From assembly GCA_046340555.1 (NCBI GenBank), contig JBKDSL010000006.1, positions 21,480 through 85,479 on the forward strand: 64,000 bases of DNA. The letters run 5' to 3'. A program made the position numbers and the translations under genes. The notes under the pieces were generated by a model. The model saw nothing but the letters and a program-made list of their open reading frames with translations, made no database searches and was not told the origin of the DNA. How positions within the stretch are numbered: position 1 is the first letter of the stretch; each line of letters starts with the position of its first letter. This DNA is from Bacteroidota bacterium. Lineage in GTDB: Bacteria; Bacteroidota; Bacteroidia; AKYH767-A; OLB10. Of this stretch, positions 55,358 through 64,000 are shown one piece after another.

Positions 55358-58300
55358 ATGTTGTCATTGAGTACTAAAACTAATCACGTAATGAACAGGC
55401 TTCCATTCAATTGGATACTGGGGTTGATGCTAATAAGCATCGGGTCGGTATATGGTCAGGTCAATTTTTCGGCCTCCCAACAAATTGGGTGTATACCCTT
55501 CAACGTGCAATTTGAAAACCTAACTCCTGGCGCAACCAACTGTACCTGGCGATTTACCGAGACATCAACCGGAATAACCTCAACAATAGATTCAACCTTT
55601 AATCCATCTAAGAGCTTTATCGCACCAGGTCATTATGATGTCAAGCTAATTGTCAATTATTCAAACGGAACTATTGATTCCTTGACAAGGAATACGTTTA
55701 TAACCGCCAAGAGTGCTCCACAGCCTTCTTTCTCAGCACCGGTTTTATCTGCATGTTTTCAAAACAATCAGATATCATTCATTAATTCAACATCTGCCAC
55801 ATATGACTCCTTATTGTGGGATTTCGGAGATGGTACTACAAGCAATGTTTCTAACCCTGTGCATGGATATACAGCTTCTGGCTATTTCGATGTAACATTG
55901 ATTGTTTACGCGAATGGTTGCAGCAGTGCACTCACCAGAAACTCATATATTAATATATTAAATAATCCGCCAACAGCATTTTTTGCCGATACCCTGGTTA
56001 CATGTAACGCATCACAGCCGATTTCTTTTACTTCCCAAACAGTTGGAACTTCTAACTATATATGGAATTTTGGTGATGGAACTAGCAGTACTCAAGCCAA
56101 TCCTCAGCATACATATGCTGGTCCTGGTGTTTACGATGTTACTTTGATAACCATAAACTCACTAGGATGTAGGGATACTGCGTTCATGCCTGCTTACATA
56201 AATGTTTTAAATAATCCTGTACCGGTGATTTCAGTATCTGGTGGATTAAACAGGTGCGTACCTGTATACGCAACTTTTTCAACTACCACTAGCAACATCC
56301 AGTCATGGACATGGAATGTTGGTAGTAATACGTTCTCAACGCCCTCCTTTCAGCAGAACTATTTTGCTCCAGGAACTTATCCAGTCACACTTACTGCCAA
56401 TTATACCAATGGGTGTACAAACAGCAAAACAGTTGTATTAAACGCGCGTCCATTGGATATAGCATATTTTACCGCCTCCACGTATAATGCCTGTGCACCC
56501 GTTACGATCGCATTGAGCCATCAAACAACTTCATCCAACCTAACTTACAGTTGGCAGTTGGGAAATGGAACCACATCAACTACGGGCCCCAATGTAAATG
56601 TTGCCTATAATTCGCCTGGCACTTATCTTCCATCCTTAACTGTTACTAATTCTTATGGATGTAGCAACACCCAATATGCGACTAATCCAATAACGGTAAC
56701 TGCTGTGGATGCGCAATTCACAGCTGATGACATAAACGGCTGCCCTCCCCACGCTGTAAACTTCAGTCACCCTGGAGGAGCTGGCTATTCTTATCTGTGG
56801 AATTTCGGTGATGGAAGGTCATCTACCCAACAGAACCCTTCCCATACTTATGTAAATCCGGGTTCTTATCCAGTTAGTTTAACCGTTACAAATCAAAGCG
56901 GATGCATGCATACATATAGCATGCCATCTCCTGTATTGGTAAACAACGGGGTTAATAATTTTGTACCAGGCGATACCATTTATGGGTGTGCCCCGTATAC
57001 AGCAAACCTTTATGATAACTCATCTAGTTCTTCAAGCTGGCTTTGGAGTTTTGGCGATGGCGCGACTTCTACAAGTGCCAATGCCATTCACACCTATAAC
57101 CAAGCAGGTGTTTATAATGTGACACTACAAACCCAGTCAAACGGAAGCTCGTGTTCGCAGTTTGTTAATCCATTCATTACTTATGTGTTGACCGAAGGGG
57201 AAGCCAATTTTTCTGTTACCAATACATTGTGTCCTCCTTATACATCTACATTCATTGATTCATCCATTAATGCAGTATCATGGTTTTGGGATTTTGGTGA
57301 TGGTACCACATCTACCCTTCAAAACCCATCTCATGTTTATACCAATGGCGGTTCTTACAATGTGTCGCTTACTATTACCACATCAGCAGGATGTACCTAT
57401 ACAATGGTTCAGAATTTTGCTGCCAATTTCAATCCGTTGAATGCAAGTCCTACAGGATTTGTGGTTACACTGATTCCTCCAACAGTCCAATTCAATGCCA
57501 ATAGCACAGGTGCTACGGGATGGTTGTGGAACTTTGGCGATGGAACAACTTCTTCGCTTCAGAATCCGCTACACATATATCCCACCTCCGGCGGACCGTT
57601 TCCATTAAGTTTGATCATATTCAATAATGGATGTGCAGACACCTTGTCTTTCGCACCTCCTGCTTCAAGTGGACCTCCTATCGGCTCCCCAATTGATCCA
57701 CCCGTTGGGCCACCAGGTGGAGGTCCGATAAACACTCCTGATCCGATTGCTGGATGCGCCCCATTCAATATGGGATTCAACAACCCGGTTCAAGGTGCGA
57801 TTTCCTCTGTTTGGCATTTTGGTGATGGTAACACATCATATTTGAACAGCCCTGATCATATTTATACTGCTGCAGGACTTTATACTGTAACACTCATAAC
57901 GGTGAACAGTGCTGGATCAACAGATACTCTTCAATGGTTGAATGCGGTACGTGTGAATGCGGTTTCGGCCGATTTCAATTATACTTCCTCGTCAGGCTGT
58001 ACAGGATCAACTATTACCTTGAATAACAACTCTACCACTGGTGCAACATATAGTTGGGCTTTTGGTGACGGAACACAATCAAGCCTTTTCGAGCCCACTC
58101 ATCAATATGGGTTGAGTGGCATGAATCATCTCATTACGCTCAATGTGACCGATTCAATGGGCTGCTCAGCATCCAAAAGCATCACCTATTATGCATCTGG
58201 TACCAATCCTATTTCCGCAAGCAAGAAAAAGGTCTGCAAAAACGAACCGATATCCTTTTTTAACAATAACCCGGGATATGCGACTTATTTATGGGATTTT

Positions 58301-61204
58301 GGTGATGGAAATACTTCTTCATTACCAAATCCAGTTCATTCCTATACGGCCGGAGGTGTATTCAATGTAGTACTTACAGTGGTGGATGTAGCACAATGCA
58401 CAACGGTGTTCAATATGCCCTATCCAATCGAGATCTATGCTCCAAATGCTGATTTCTCCTTCGCTTTGATTCCTGCCAGTTGCAACTCTCCATCTGTCAA
58501 TTTCACTAACCTATCGACCGGCGCCACATCTTATTTGTGGGATTTTGGCAATGGACTTATGAGTAGTGCAGTGAGCCCTTCCATCACGCTGAATACATAT
58601 GGTTCACACAATGTGACTTTGATAGCTGCTTCTGGTTCTTGTGTTGACACCATGACACTTACCGGTTATGCGGTAAGACCTAATATCATCGCCAATTTTT
58701 CTTACACGCAAGACAGGATCTGTTTCCCGATCACCATCACGGTTACCAATACGAGCATTGATGGATCAACTTATTTGTGGGATTTTGGTGATGGTACAAC
58801 TAGCACAACCACCGATTCCGTATTTACGCATGTGTTCACATCACAACCTCAAAATCCTATCACTCTATCAGCTTGGAATTCTTTGGGATGTTTGAACGTG
58901 GCGTCCAAGCCCAACATTCAATCTATGCAGGTGTCTTTCAATGTGGCTGACTCAGTCGGATGTGCGCCCTTTGCATTCCAGATAAGTGGAACATCCAATC
59001 TTAATGCTTCATGGTATTTCAACTATGGCAATGGTTTAACCTCATCCATTCCAAACACTCAGCATGCCAATGCTTCCACAATTTTCAACCATAATGGAAA
59101 TTATGTGGTGAATGCTGTTGTTACGGCTCCTACCGGTTGTATTCAGCGTTTTGATAGTTTGGTTACGGTTTCGGCTACAGGGCCCTCTGCATCCTTTAAT
59201 TTAACGGCAGACTCCTCCTGTGCTCCAACTATTGTTACGTTCCAAGACGGAAGCTATGGCGCACAATCATGGTTCTGGACCTTTGGAAACGGTAACCAAT
59301 CCGCTTTGCAAAACCCTACGCATGTGTACAATGTGCCAGGTACATACGACATCACTTTGGTAGTGACCGACTCTTCAGGTTGTACCGACACCCTTACGCA
59401 AACTGAAGCAGTACAAATAACAGGTACTTATTCACATTTCACTTCAACCGATCCGACAGGATGCGCTCCTTGGACCGTTGCATTCAGCGATTCATCTGTA
59501 AATGCCTCTACATGGCTGTGGGATTTTGGCGATGGAAATTCTTCTTCTGACCCTAATCCTGTTCACACCTATACACAAGCTGGGGTTTATGCGGTGATTT
59601 TGATTACTTACGAGAGTTCTGGATGTTCATCAGCTTACCAGCTACCAGATTCGATCCGGGTAAGTGAGATACCTGAGGCATTGTTCACAATATCAGGAAC
59701 CAGTGGTTGTGCGCCTTATCTCGTTACGTTCAGCAATCAAAGCACTGGAGCGGTTAGTTATGACTGGGATTTTGGTGACGGTTCTCATTCCAATAGTGTA
59801 AATACATCCCATTCCTATGTGTCATCTGGAACCTATTGGGTGACGTTGATAGCAAATTCCCTCAATGGATGTTCCGATACCTTCACGTATCAGATGCCTG
59901 TTGTTGTTGGTGAAATACCCCTGGGTAGCATCATTGCTTCAGCTACTTCAGGCTGTGCTCCATTGAATGTTGTTTTCACATCCAATATTTCCAACGCGGA
60001 TTCCACTGCATTATATTCATGGAATTACAATGGAAACAACTATAGTGGCTCCAGTCTAAATTTGACATTTGCGCAAAATGGAACACATCAGGTTCAATTA
60101 TCAGTTACCAATCAGTCCGGTTGTAGTGCCACATTCAGCGCTACTGCAACTACCCATGGTGCCGATACCCTTGGTCCTGTTGTAATGCGAAGTGCTAGTG
60201 TTTTGGGTCCGAATAACGTAGAAATTAAATGGGCAGACATCATTGATCCGGAATTGGCTTATTACCGAATTTACCGAATGGATAATTCCACTGGTAATTT
60301 CAATCTTATTCACACCTCATACAGCATCATTCCGGTAAACCCAGATGTGTATCAGGCTTGGGTAGATCATGCTACCACCACATCCTCGAAAACCAATACG
60401 TATTTAGTTCAGGCTGTTAATACTTGTGGCTTAGCTGCTCCGCTAAACGCCCACACACCTCATACCACAGTAAACTTGGAGGTGAATACGGCATCTAGCA
60501 CTCCGACTTTGCAATGGAATAGCTACGGTGGAGCTTCTACTTCAGGATATCTGGTTCAACGTATGGACGAGCCAAATGCACCTTGGACTAACTTGACAGT
60601 TGTTCCTGCTTCGGTCAATATGTATGTTGACAGCTCCGTTTATTGCTCTGATAGTGTTTCTTACCGCATTACCGCACTTGATTTGAACGGGCTGCCCATA
60701 TTCGATGCATTCTCCGATATTGAGAACATATTGGCTCCAGGCTCATTGTTGATTCAACGCGTGGACATGGTTCGTTCAACCGTGGAAGACGACTCTTGGG
60801 TATTAACGGAATGGTCAATGCCAACATTGGCTCCTCAATTGGTTACAGGATTCGAACTTTTCCGTTCAACCGACAACATCAATTTTACCCGAATCGCTGT
60901 TTTACCTCCTGTTCAAACCAGTTATGAGGATCGAAATGTTTCAGTTAAATCGCAGGAGTATTTTTATAGGGTCAAGGTGAGTAACACCTGTTCGTTGGAA
61001 GCATCTTCAGGATATGAAAGCTCTTCGATTTTGCTGCTGGCTAATCCAGACCAGCGATACGGTGTGAACTTACGCTGGACTCCCTATGTGAATTGGGATA
61101 CTGGTGTGGAAGAATATGTAATCGAGGAGTGGAATCAGGCTACTGGGACATGGGACTATGTCAAAAAAGTTGACGGGTCGACCACTGAAACAGGAGTGCA
61201 ATAA
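55358..61204 (+). CDS. Giant secreted PKD-domain array protein (about 19 tandem PKD domains, a Pro-rich linker, and C-terminal Fn3-like modules)
   Basis: Signal peptide; the W(D/N)FGDGTTS...NP.H.Y...G.Y.V.L...N..GC unit is repeated about 19 times. No T9SS C-terminal domain was recognised at the C-terminus. Confidence 0.8.
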   Translation: MLSLSTKTNHVMNRLPFNWILGLMLISIGSVYGQVNFSASQQIGCIPFNVQFENLTPGATNCTWRFTETSTGITSTIDSTFNPSKSFIAPGHYDVKLIVNYSNGTIDSLTRNTFITAKSAPQPSFSAPVLSACFQNNQISFINSTSATYDSLLWDFGDGTTSNVSNPVHGYTASGYFDVTLIVYANGCSSALTRNSYINILNNPPTAFFADTLVTCNASQPISFTSQTVGTSNYIWNFGDGTSSTQANPQHTYAGPGVYDVTLITINSLGCRDTAFMPAYINVLNNPVPVISVSGGLNRCVPVYATFSTTTSNIQSWTWNVGSNTFSTPSFQQNYFAPGTYPVTLTANYTNGCTNSKTVVLNARPLDIAYFTASTYNACAPVTIALSHQTTSSNLTYSWQLGNGTTSTTGPNVNVAYNSPGTYLPSLTVTNSYGCSNTQYATNPITVTAVDAQFTADDINGCPPHAVNFSHPGGAGYSYLWNFGDGRSSTQQNPSHTYVNPGSYPVSLTVTNQSGCMHTYSMPSPVLVNNGVNNFVPGDTIYGCAPYTANLYDNSSSSSSWLWSFGDGATSTSANAIHTYNQAGVYNVTLQTQSNGSSCSQFVNPFITYVLTEGEANFSVTNTLCPPYTSTFIDSSINAVSWFWDFGDGTTSTLQNPSHVYTNGGSYNVSLTITTSAGCTYTMVQNFAANFNPLNASPTGFVVTLIPPTVQFNANSTGATGWLWNFGDGTTSSLQNPLHIYPTSGGPFPLSLIIFNNGCADTLSFAPPASSGPPIGSPIDPPVGPPGGGPINTPDPIAGCAPFNMGFNNPVQGAISSVWHFGDGNTSYLNSPDHIYTAAGLYTVTLITVNSAGSTDTLQWLNAVRVNAVSADFNYTSSSGCTGSTITLNNNSTTGATYSWAFGDGTQSSLFEPTHQYGLSGMNHLITLNVTDSMGCSASKSITYYASGTNPISASKKKVCKNEPISFFNNNPGYATYLWDFGDGNTSSLPNPVHSYTAGGVFNVVLTVVDVAQCTTVFNMPYPIEIYAPNADFSFALIPASCNSPSVNFTNLSTGATSYLWDFGNGLMSSAVSPSITLNTYGSHNVTLIAASGSCVDTMTLTGYAVRPNIIANFSYTQDRICFPITITVTNTSIDGSTYLWDFGDGTTSTTTDSVFTHVFTSQPQNPITLSAWNSLGCLNVASKPNIQSMQVSFNVADSVGCAPFAFQISGTSNLNASWYFNYGNGLTSSIPNTQHANASTIFNHNGNYVVNAVVTAPTGCIQRFDSLVTVSATGPSASFNLTADSSCAPTIVTFQDGSYGAQSWFWTFGNGNQSALQNPTHVYNVPGTYDITLVVTDSSGCTDTLTQTEAVQITGTYSHFTSTDPTGCAPWTVAFSDSSVNASTWLWDFGDGNSSSDPNPVHTYTQAGVYAVILITYESSGCSSAYQLPDSIRVSEIPEALFTISGTSGCAPYLVTFSNQSTGAVSYDWDFGDGSHSNSVNTSHSYVSSGTYWVTLIANSLNGCSDTFTYQMPVVVGEIPLGSIIASATSGCAPLNVVFTSNISNADSTALYSWNYNGNNYSGSSLNLTFAQNGTHQVQLSVTNQSGCSATFSATATTHGADTLGPVVMRSASVLGPNNVEIKWADIIDPELAYYRIYRMDNSTGNFNLIHTSYSIIPVNPDVYQAWVDHATTTSSKTNTYLVQAVNTCGLAAPLNAHTPHTTVNLEVNTASSTPTLQWNSYGGASTSGYLVQRMDEPNAPWTNLTVVPASVNMYVDSSVYCSDSVSYRITALDLNGLPIFDAFSDIENILAPGSLLIQRVDMVRSTVEDDSWVLTEWSMPTLAPQLVTGFELFRSTDNINFTRIAVLPPVQTSYEDRNVSVKSQEYFYRVKVSNTCSLEASSGYESSSILLLANPDQRYGVNLRWTPYVNWDTGVEEYVIEEWNQATGTWDYVKKVDGSTTETGVQ
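55500..60150 (+). repeat. Tandem array of roughly 240-nt coding repeats (PKD domains) inside the giant ORF
   Basis: TGGGATTTTGGTGATGG-like cores recur at about 55817, 56068, 56799, 57041, 57285, 57525, 57815, 58057, 58296, 58540, 58780, 59277, 59519 and 59765. The repeats are diverged and protein-coding, not a CRISPR array. Confidence 0.7.
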
Positions 61205-61243
61205 AATAAATGACTTAACAGTCGTTCGCTGCTGATTCAGCCA

Positions 61244-62206
61244 TTACAAAACCTGGTGCGTCTTTTCCGACTTTCCAACAGCTTTTAATTTAGCATTTTC
61301 AATGGATGCGTTCAATTCAAAGCCTACAATCAATTGAAGTGTGTTGAAGTTGATGTAAAGCAGAATCACTATAAGTGTTCCGATAGATCCGTAAAGTTTG
61401 TTGTATTGGCCGAAGTTGCTAATGATATAGTTGAACGCGAATGTTGTGATAAGGAGCAACACTGTGGCGGTAACAGATCCAACAGAAATGAAAGGGCGTT
61501 TATTCTTTTTTGATGGACCGAAATAGTAAAGCGATGATATCGAGGTTAGCGCCATGGTTACCAATATAAACCAGGTTCCCGCTTGTATTAACAGGAGGCT
61601 AGGGCCGTTTTTGATAACATCATGTTCGGTTAGGTATCGGGAAGTGATTTCAGTAAAGGTGATGAGCGCAATGGATGCAAGAACGATGATTGCCAGCATA
61701 AGCGTCAAGAATAGCGAGACCAAGCGTTGCTTGAATGCAGATCGTACATCAATTCCGTGATAGCTTTTGTTGAATCCATCAATCAGGTAATATATGCCAT
61801 TTGTGGATACAAGCAACGCGAAAACAAAGCCAAAGGATAGCAATCCGCCGCGAGGTTGCTTGAGTATGTCTTCAATGGTGGTTTTGGTAGCTTCAAATGC
61901 GCTATGCGGCAGCGCTTCGCTCATCAAGAGCATGATGCGGTCTTGGATACCGGGGACTGGTAGGTAGGGGATAAGGGTAAAAAAGAAAATAATGGCTGGG
62001 AAAATTGCCAGGAAAAAGTCGAAAGACGCAGCACTCGCTCTAGAACGAATATCACCTTTTTGTAGGCCTATGACAAAGAACTTGAGAATATCGAGCAGGC
62101 TGATGTGTTCTTTGCCAGGATATCGAACACGTTTCAATATCGTTAAAACAGGGTCGAGAATCCTTTCGCGTATTACTTGTTTGAGTTTTGCAGCTTGCTC
62201 CTTCAC
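61244..62206 (-). CDS. YihY/BrkB (virulence factor BrkB / ribonuclease BN-like) family inner-membrane protein
   Basis: Six TM helices and a YGSIGTLIVILLYINFNTLQLIVGFELNASI C-terminal motif. Confidence 0.8.
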   Translation of the reverse strand: MKEQAAKLKQVIRERILDPVLTILKRVRYPGKEHISLLDILKFFVIGLQKGDIRSRASAASFDFFLAIFPAIIFFFTLIPYLPVPGIQDRIMLLMSEALPHSAFEATKTTIEDILKQPRGGLLSFGFVFALLVSTNGIYYLIDGFNKSYHGIDVRSAFKQRLVSLFLTLMLAIIVLASIALITFTEITSRYLTEHDVIKNGPSLLLIQAGTWFILVTMALTSISSLYYFGPSKKNKRPFISVGSVTATVLLLITTFAFNYIISNFGQYNKLYGSIGTLIVILLYINFNTLQLIVGFELNASIENAKLKAVGKSEKTHQVL

Positions 62207-62215
62207 GTACTTTGT

Positions 62216-63058
62216 TTAATGGCGAGAGGCTTTGAGACTGAGGTCCAATGATACTGCTGAGTGCGTCAATGCTCCAACGGAAATGTATTGAACGCCGGTA
62301 GCCGCATATTCTGATACGTTTTGGATATTGATTCCACCAGAGGCTTCTGTTTCATACTTGCCATCCACTGCGGCAACAGCTTGATGCATCAAATCTGGTG
62401 TGAAATTATCAAACATGATTCGATTGATCTGGCCATTTTGAATGGCTTCCCGAACTTCCTCCATGTTTCGAGTTTCTACTTCAATAGGTATATCCAATCC
62501 ATGGGTTTGTTTGTAGTCTACCGCTCTGCTAATGGCATTGGTGATGCTGCCGGCGAAATCAACATGATTGTCTTTGATCAGAATCATGTCATATAAACCC
62601 ATTCTATGGTTTTGGCCACCACCTAACCGTACTGCAAGCTTTTCCAGGTTGCGCATCAAAGGAGTTGTTTTTCTAGTGTCTAGAATTGTGGTGCCATAAG
62701 GTGCGGTTTTTTCAACGAATGCTTTAGTAAGGGTGGCTATTCCACTCATTCTTTGCATGCAGTTCAAAGCTAGTCGCTCACAGCCGAGGAGTGTGTGGAT
62801 GCTTCCGTGCACTTTGAATGCCAACGTGCCTTTTTGCACTGAGGTTCCGTCATCCAGTATTTTTTCAAAAGTGATTTCCGGATCAAATTGCTTGAAAATG
62901 GAACAAGCCAAGTTAACTCCTGCAAGTACTCCATCCGCTTTTACCAATAATTCTGCGGAACCAGTTGAACCTTTTGGAATACAAGAAAGTGAAGTGTGGT
63001 CGCCTGAGCCGAAATCTTCTTCCAATGATAAGCGAATGAATTCTTGCAAGTCCAGCAT
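62216..63058 (-). CDS. nadC: Nicotinate-nucleotide pyrophosphorylase (carboxylating), quinolinate phosphoribosyltransferase
   Basis: N-terminal EDFGSGDHTS. The rest of the 280-aa protein also matches QPRTase. Confidence 0.9.
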   Translation of the reverse strand: MLDLQEFIRLSLEEDFGSGDHTSLSCIPKGSTGSAELLVKADGVLAGVNLACSIFKQFDPEITFEKILDDGTSVQKGTLAFKVHGSIHTLLGCERLALNCMQRMSGIATLTKAFVEKTAPYGTTILDTRKTTPLMRNLEKLAVRLGGGQNHRMGLYDMILIKDNHVDFAGSITNAISRAVDYKQTHGLDIPIEVETRNMEEVREAIQNGQINRIMFDNFTPDLMHQAVAAVDGKYETEASGGINIQNVSEYAATGVQYISVGALTHSAVSLDLSLKASRH

Positions 63059-63124
63059 ACTCAGATATAAATCAATCAGTAAATGTTTAGCAAACTATGG
63101 TAGCCTTACGAAACAGGCCACTTA

Positions 63125-63559
63125 TTATTCCTTTTCAAATCGGATTTCCTGAAGGGATTCACCCGATGTGGTTATTCTTACATAAAAATACACCCTGAAA
63201 GAGCCGCCTTGAGAAGTATTCATTGTTCCGATTGCGAACTTGGCGCCTTCCTTGGAAACACCTTTGTGAATGATATTGAAACTGCGTGGGGTGTTTTTCA
63301 AGAAGAAATCACGAAGCACCTGCTCTGCTTGGGCTTTGCTGTATTGGTCTTCTTGATTAATGATCGTTAAGTTGATAGTATTGCCACAATAGCGGGTGAT
63401 GGCTTTGGCCTCTCCGGATCGAATGGCATTGGCAATGTCTCCGAAAATATCCAATGACATCGCCGTAGTGGCAACAAAAATAACCGGGATTAAAAGGAGT
63501 TTGATGTACTTGGACAATTGGATGTTTATTTGAAGGTAAATTTGCAAAAACCAAGCCAA
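63125..63559 (-). CDS. DUF4783 domain protein, secreted
   Basis: Signal-like N-terminus, then FGDIANAIRSGEAKAITRYCGNTINLTI...YSKAQAEQVLRDFF...LQEIRFE. Start codon uncertain. Confidence 0.55.
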   Translation of the reverse strand: MAWFLQIYLQINIQLSKYIKLLLIPVIFVATTAMSLDIFGDIANAIRSGEAKAITRYCGNTINLTIINQEDQYSKAQAEQVLRDFFLKNTPRSFNIIHKGVSKEGAKFAIGTMNTSQGGSFRVYFYVRITTSGESLQEIRFEKE

Positions 63560-63671
63560 AGTTGATGATTGATATCAGCAAACTGTGTAAATTTAAAAAG
63601 CCCTGCGATTGTAAACTCAGTTCCTGCAAACAATCTATCAACATTTGTAACTACTTGTAAAACAAATTTAT

Positions 63672-64000
63672 ATGCGAATTAGGGTTCTGGTGATTGGAAA
63701 AACAGTACCATCTTTCATGTCTGATGGTGTTGAGGAGTACTGGGGTCGTATTCGTCATTATTGCAATTTTGAATGCGAGGTATTGACGGATGTTAAGCGT
63801 TCACCTGCTGTAACCGCTGATAAATTATGCGAAATGGAGTCGGATGCCTTTTTGAAAAGATTGAAGCCGACTGATTTTGTGGTTTTATTGGATGAAAGGG
63901 GAGTTCTTCAGGACTCTGTAAAATTGGCTCAATCCTTGGGGCAATGGATGAACTCTGGCGCATTGAATCCGGTTTTCATAATTGGTGGTGCATACGGTTT
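63672..64000 (+). CDS. rlmH: 23S rRNA (pseudouridine1915-N3)-methyltransferase RlmH, 5-prime partial (runs off the window)
   Basis: MRIRVLVIGK...EYWGRI...VVLLDERG...FIIGGAYG matches SPOUT RlmH. ATG at 63672. Truncated by the window end. Confidence 0.8.
   Translation, partial: MRIRVLVIGKTVPSFMSDGVEEYWGRIRHYCNFECEVLTDVKRSPAVTADKLCEMESDAFLKRLKPTDFVVLLDERGVLQDSVKLAQSLGQWMNSGALNPVFIIGGAYG

Noticed and set aside
57559-57783. 74-aa minus-strand Gly/Pro-rich ORF
   Set aside because: It is the mirror of the Pro-rich inter-block linker of the PKD protein. This is an artefact.
55500-60150. Regular roughly 240-nt periodicity considered as a CRISPR array or other non-coding repeat array
   Set aside because: The repeats are in frame inside one long ORF and encode PKD domains. 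Units are diverged and there is no spacer-repeat structure.
1-64000. Search for tRNA or rRNA genes, transposases or integrases, CRISPR repeats and prophage signatures
   Set aside because: None recognised. All intergenic gaps are shorter than 220 nt and lack cloverleaf-like or conserved ncRNA motifs, so the window appears to be core chromosome.

Overview
This 64-kb window looks like a chromosomal segment from a member of phylum Bacteroidota (about 42-43% GC). The phylum call rests on three secreted proteins ending in T9SS (Por-type) C-terminal sorting domains, DUF4834 and DUF4783 small proteins, a TonB-dependent receptor with an N-terminal CarbopepD-like domain, a YfhO-family protein, and a PASTA-rluD neighbourhood.

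It is mostly core housekeeping:
- nucleic-acid and RNA functions: ybaB, nfo, two MBL-fold hydrolases, rdgB, rluD, tgt, rsmG, rpmH, rlmH;
- metabolism and envelope: carB, nadC, FKBP PPIase, lptF/G;
- two polysaccharide-biosynthesis clusters:
  - cluster 1 (7.7-16.8 kb): polytopic membrane protein, divergent AsnB-like amidotransferase, Wzm/Wzt ABC exporter with a Wzt C-terminal glycan-binding domain, three glycosyltransferases;
  - cluster 2 (46.3-55.2 kb): YfhO, GT4, WecB, a second AsnB-like gene, GT4, FkbM methyltransferase.

No rRNA, tRNA, CRISPR array, transposase or integrase was found.

The most unusual items read directly from the sequence are:
- a single 902-aa ORF made of two complete D-Ala-D-Ala-ligase-like ATP-grasp modules at the conserved ddl-PASTA-rluD locus;
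- an approximately 930-aa AddB-like PD-(D/E)XK nuclease gene split by one in-frame TGA;
- a 1948-aa secreted protein of about 19 tandem PKD domains with no recognisable T9SS sorting domain;
- an orphan OmpR-type response regulator apparently co-transcribed with a DUF360 holin-like membrane protein;
- a cluster of small uncharacterised secreted proteins next to a coiled-coil, low-complexity secreted protein.

All functional calls come from motif and family recognition by eye; no database search was run. In one region (about 38.1-38.3 kb) my manual indexing of the displayed sequence disagreed by 1 nt with the ORF-track coordinates, and there I used the ORF-track coordinates.
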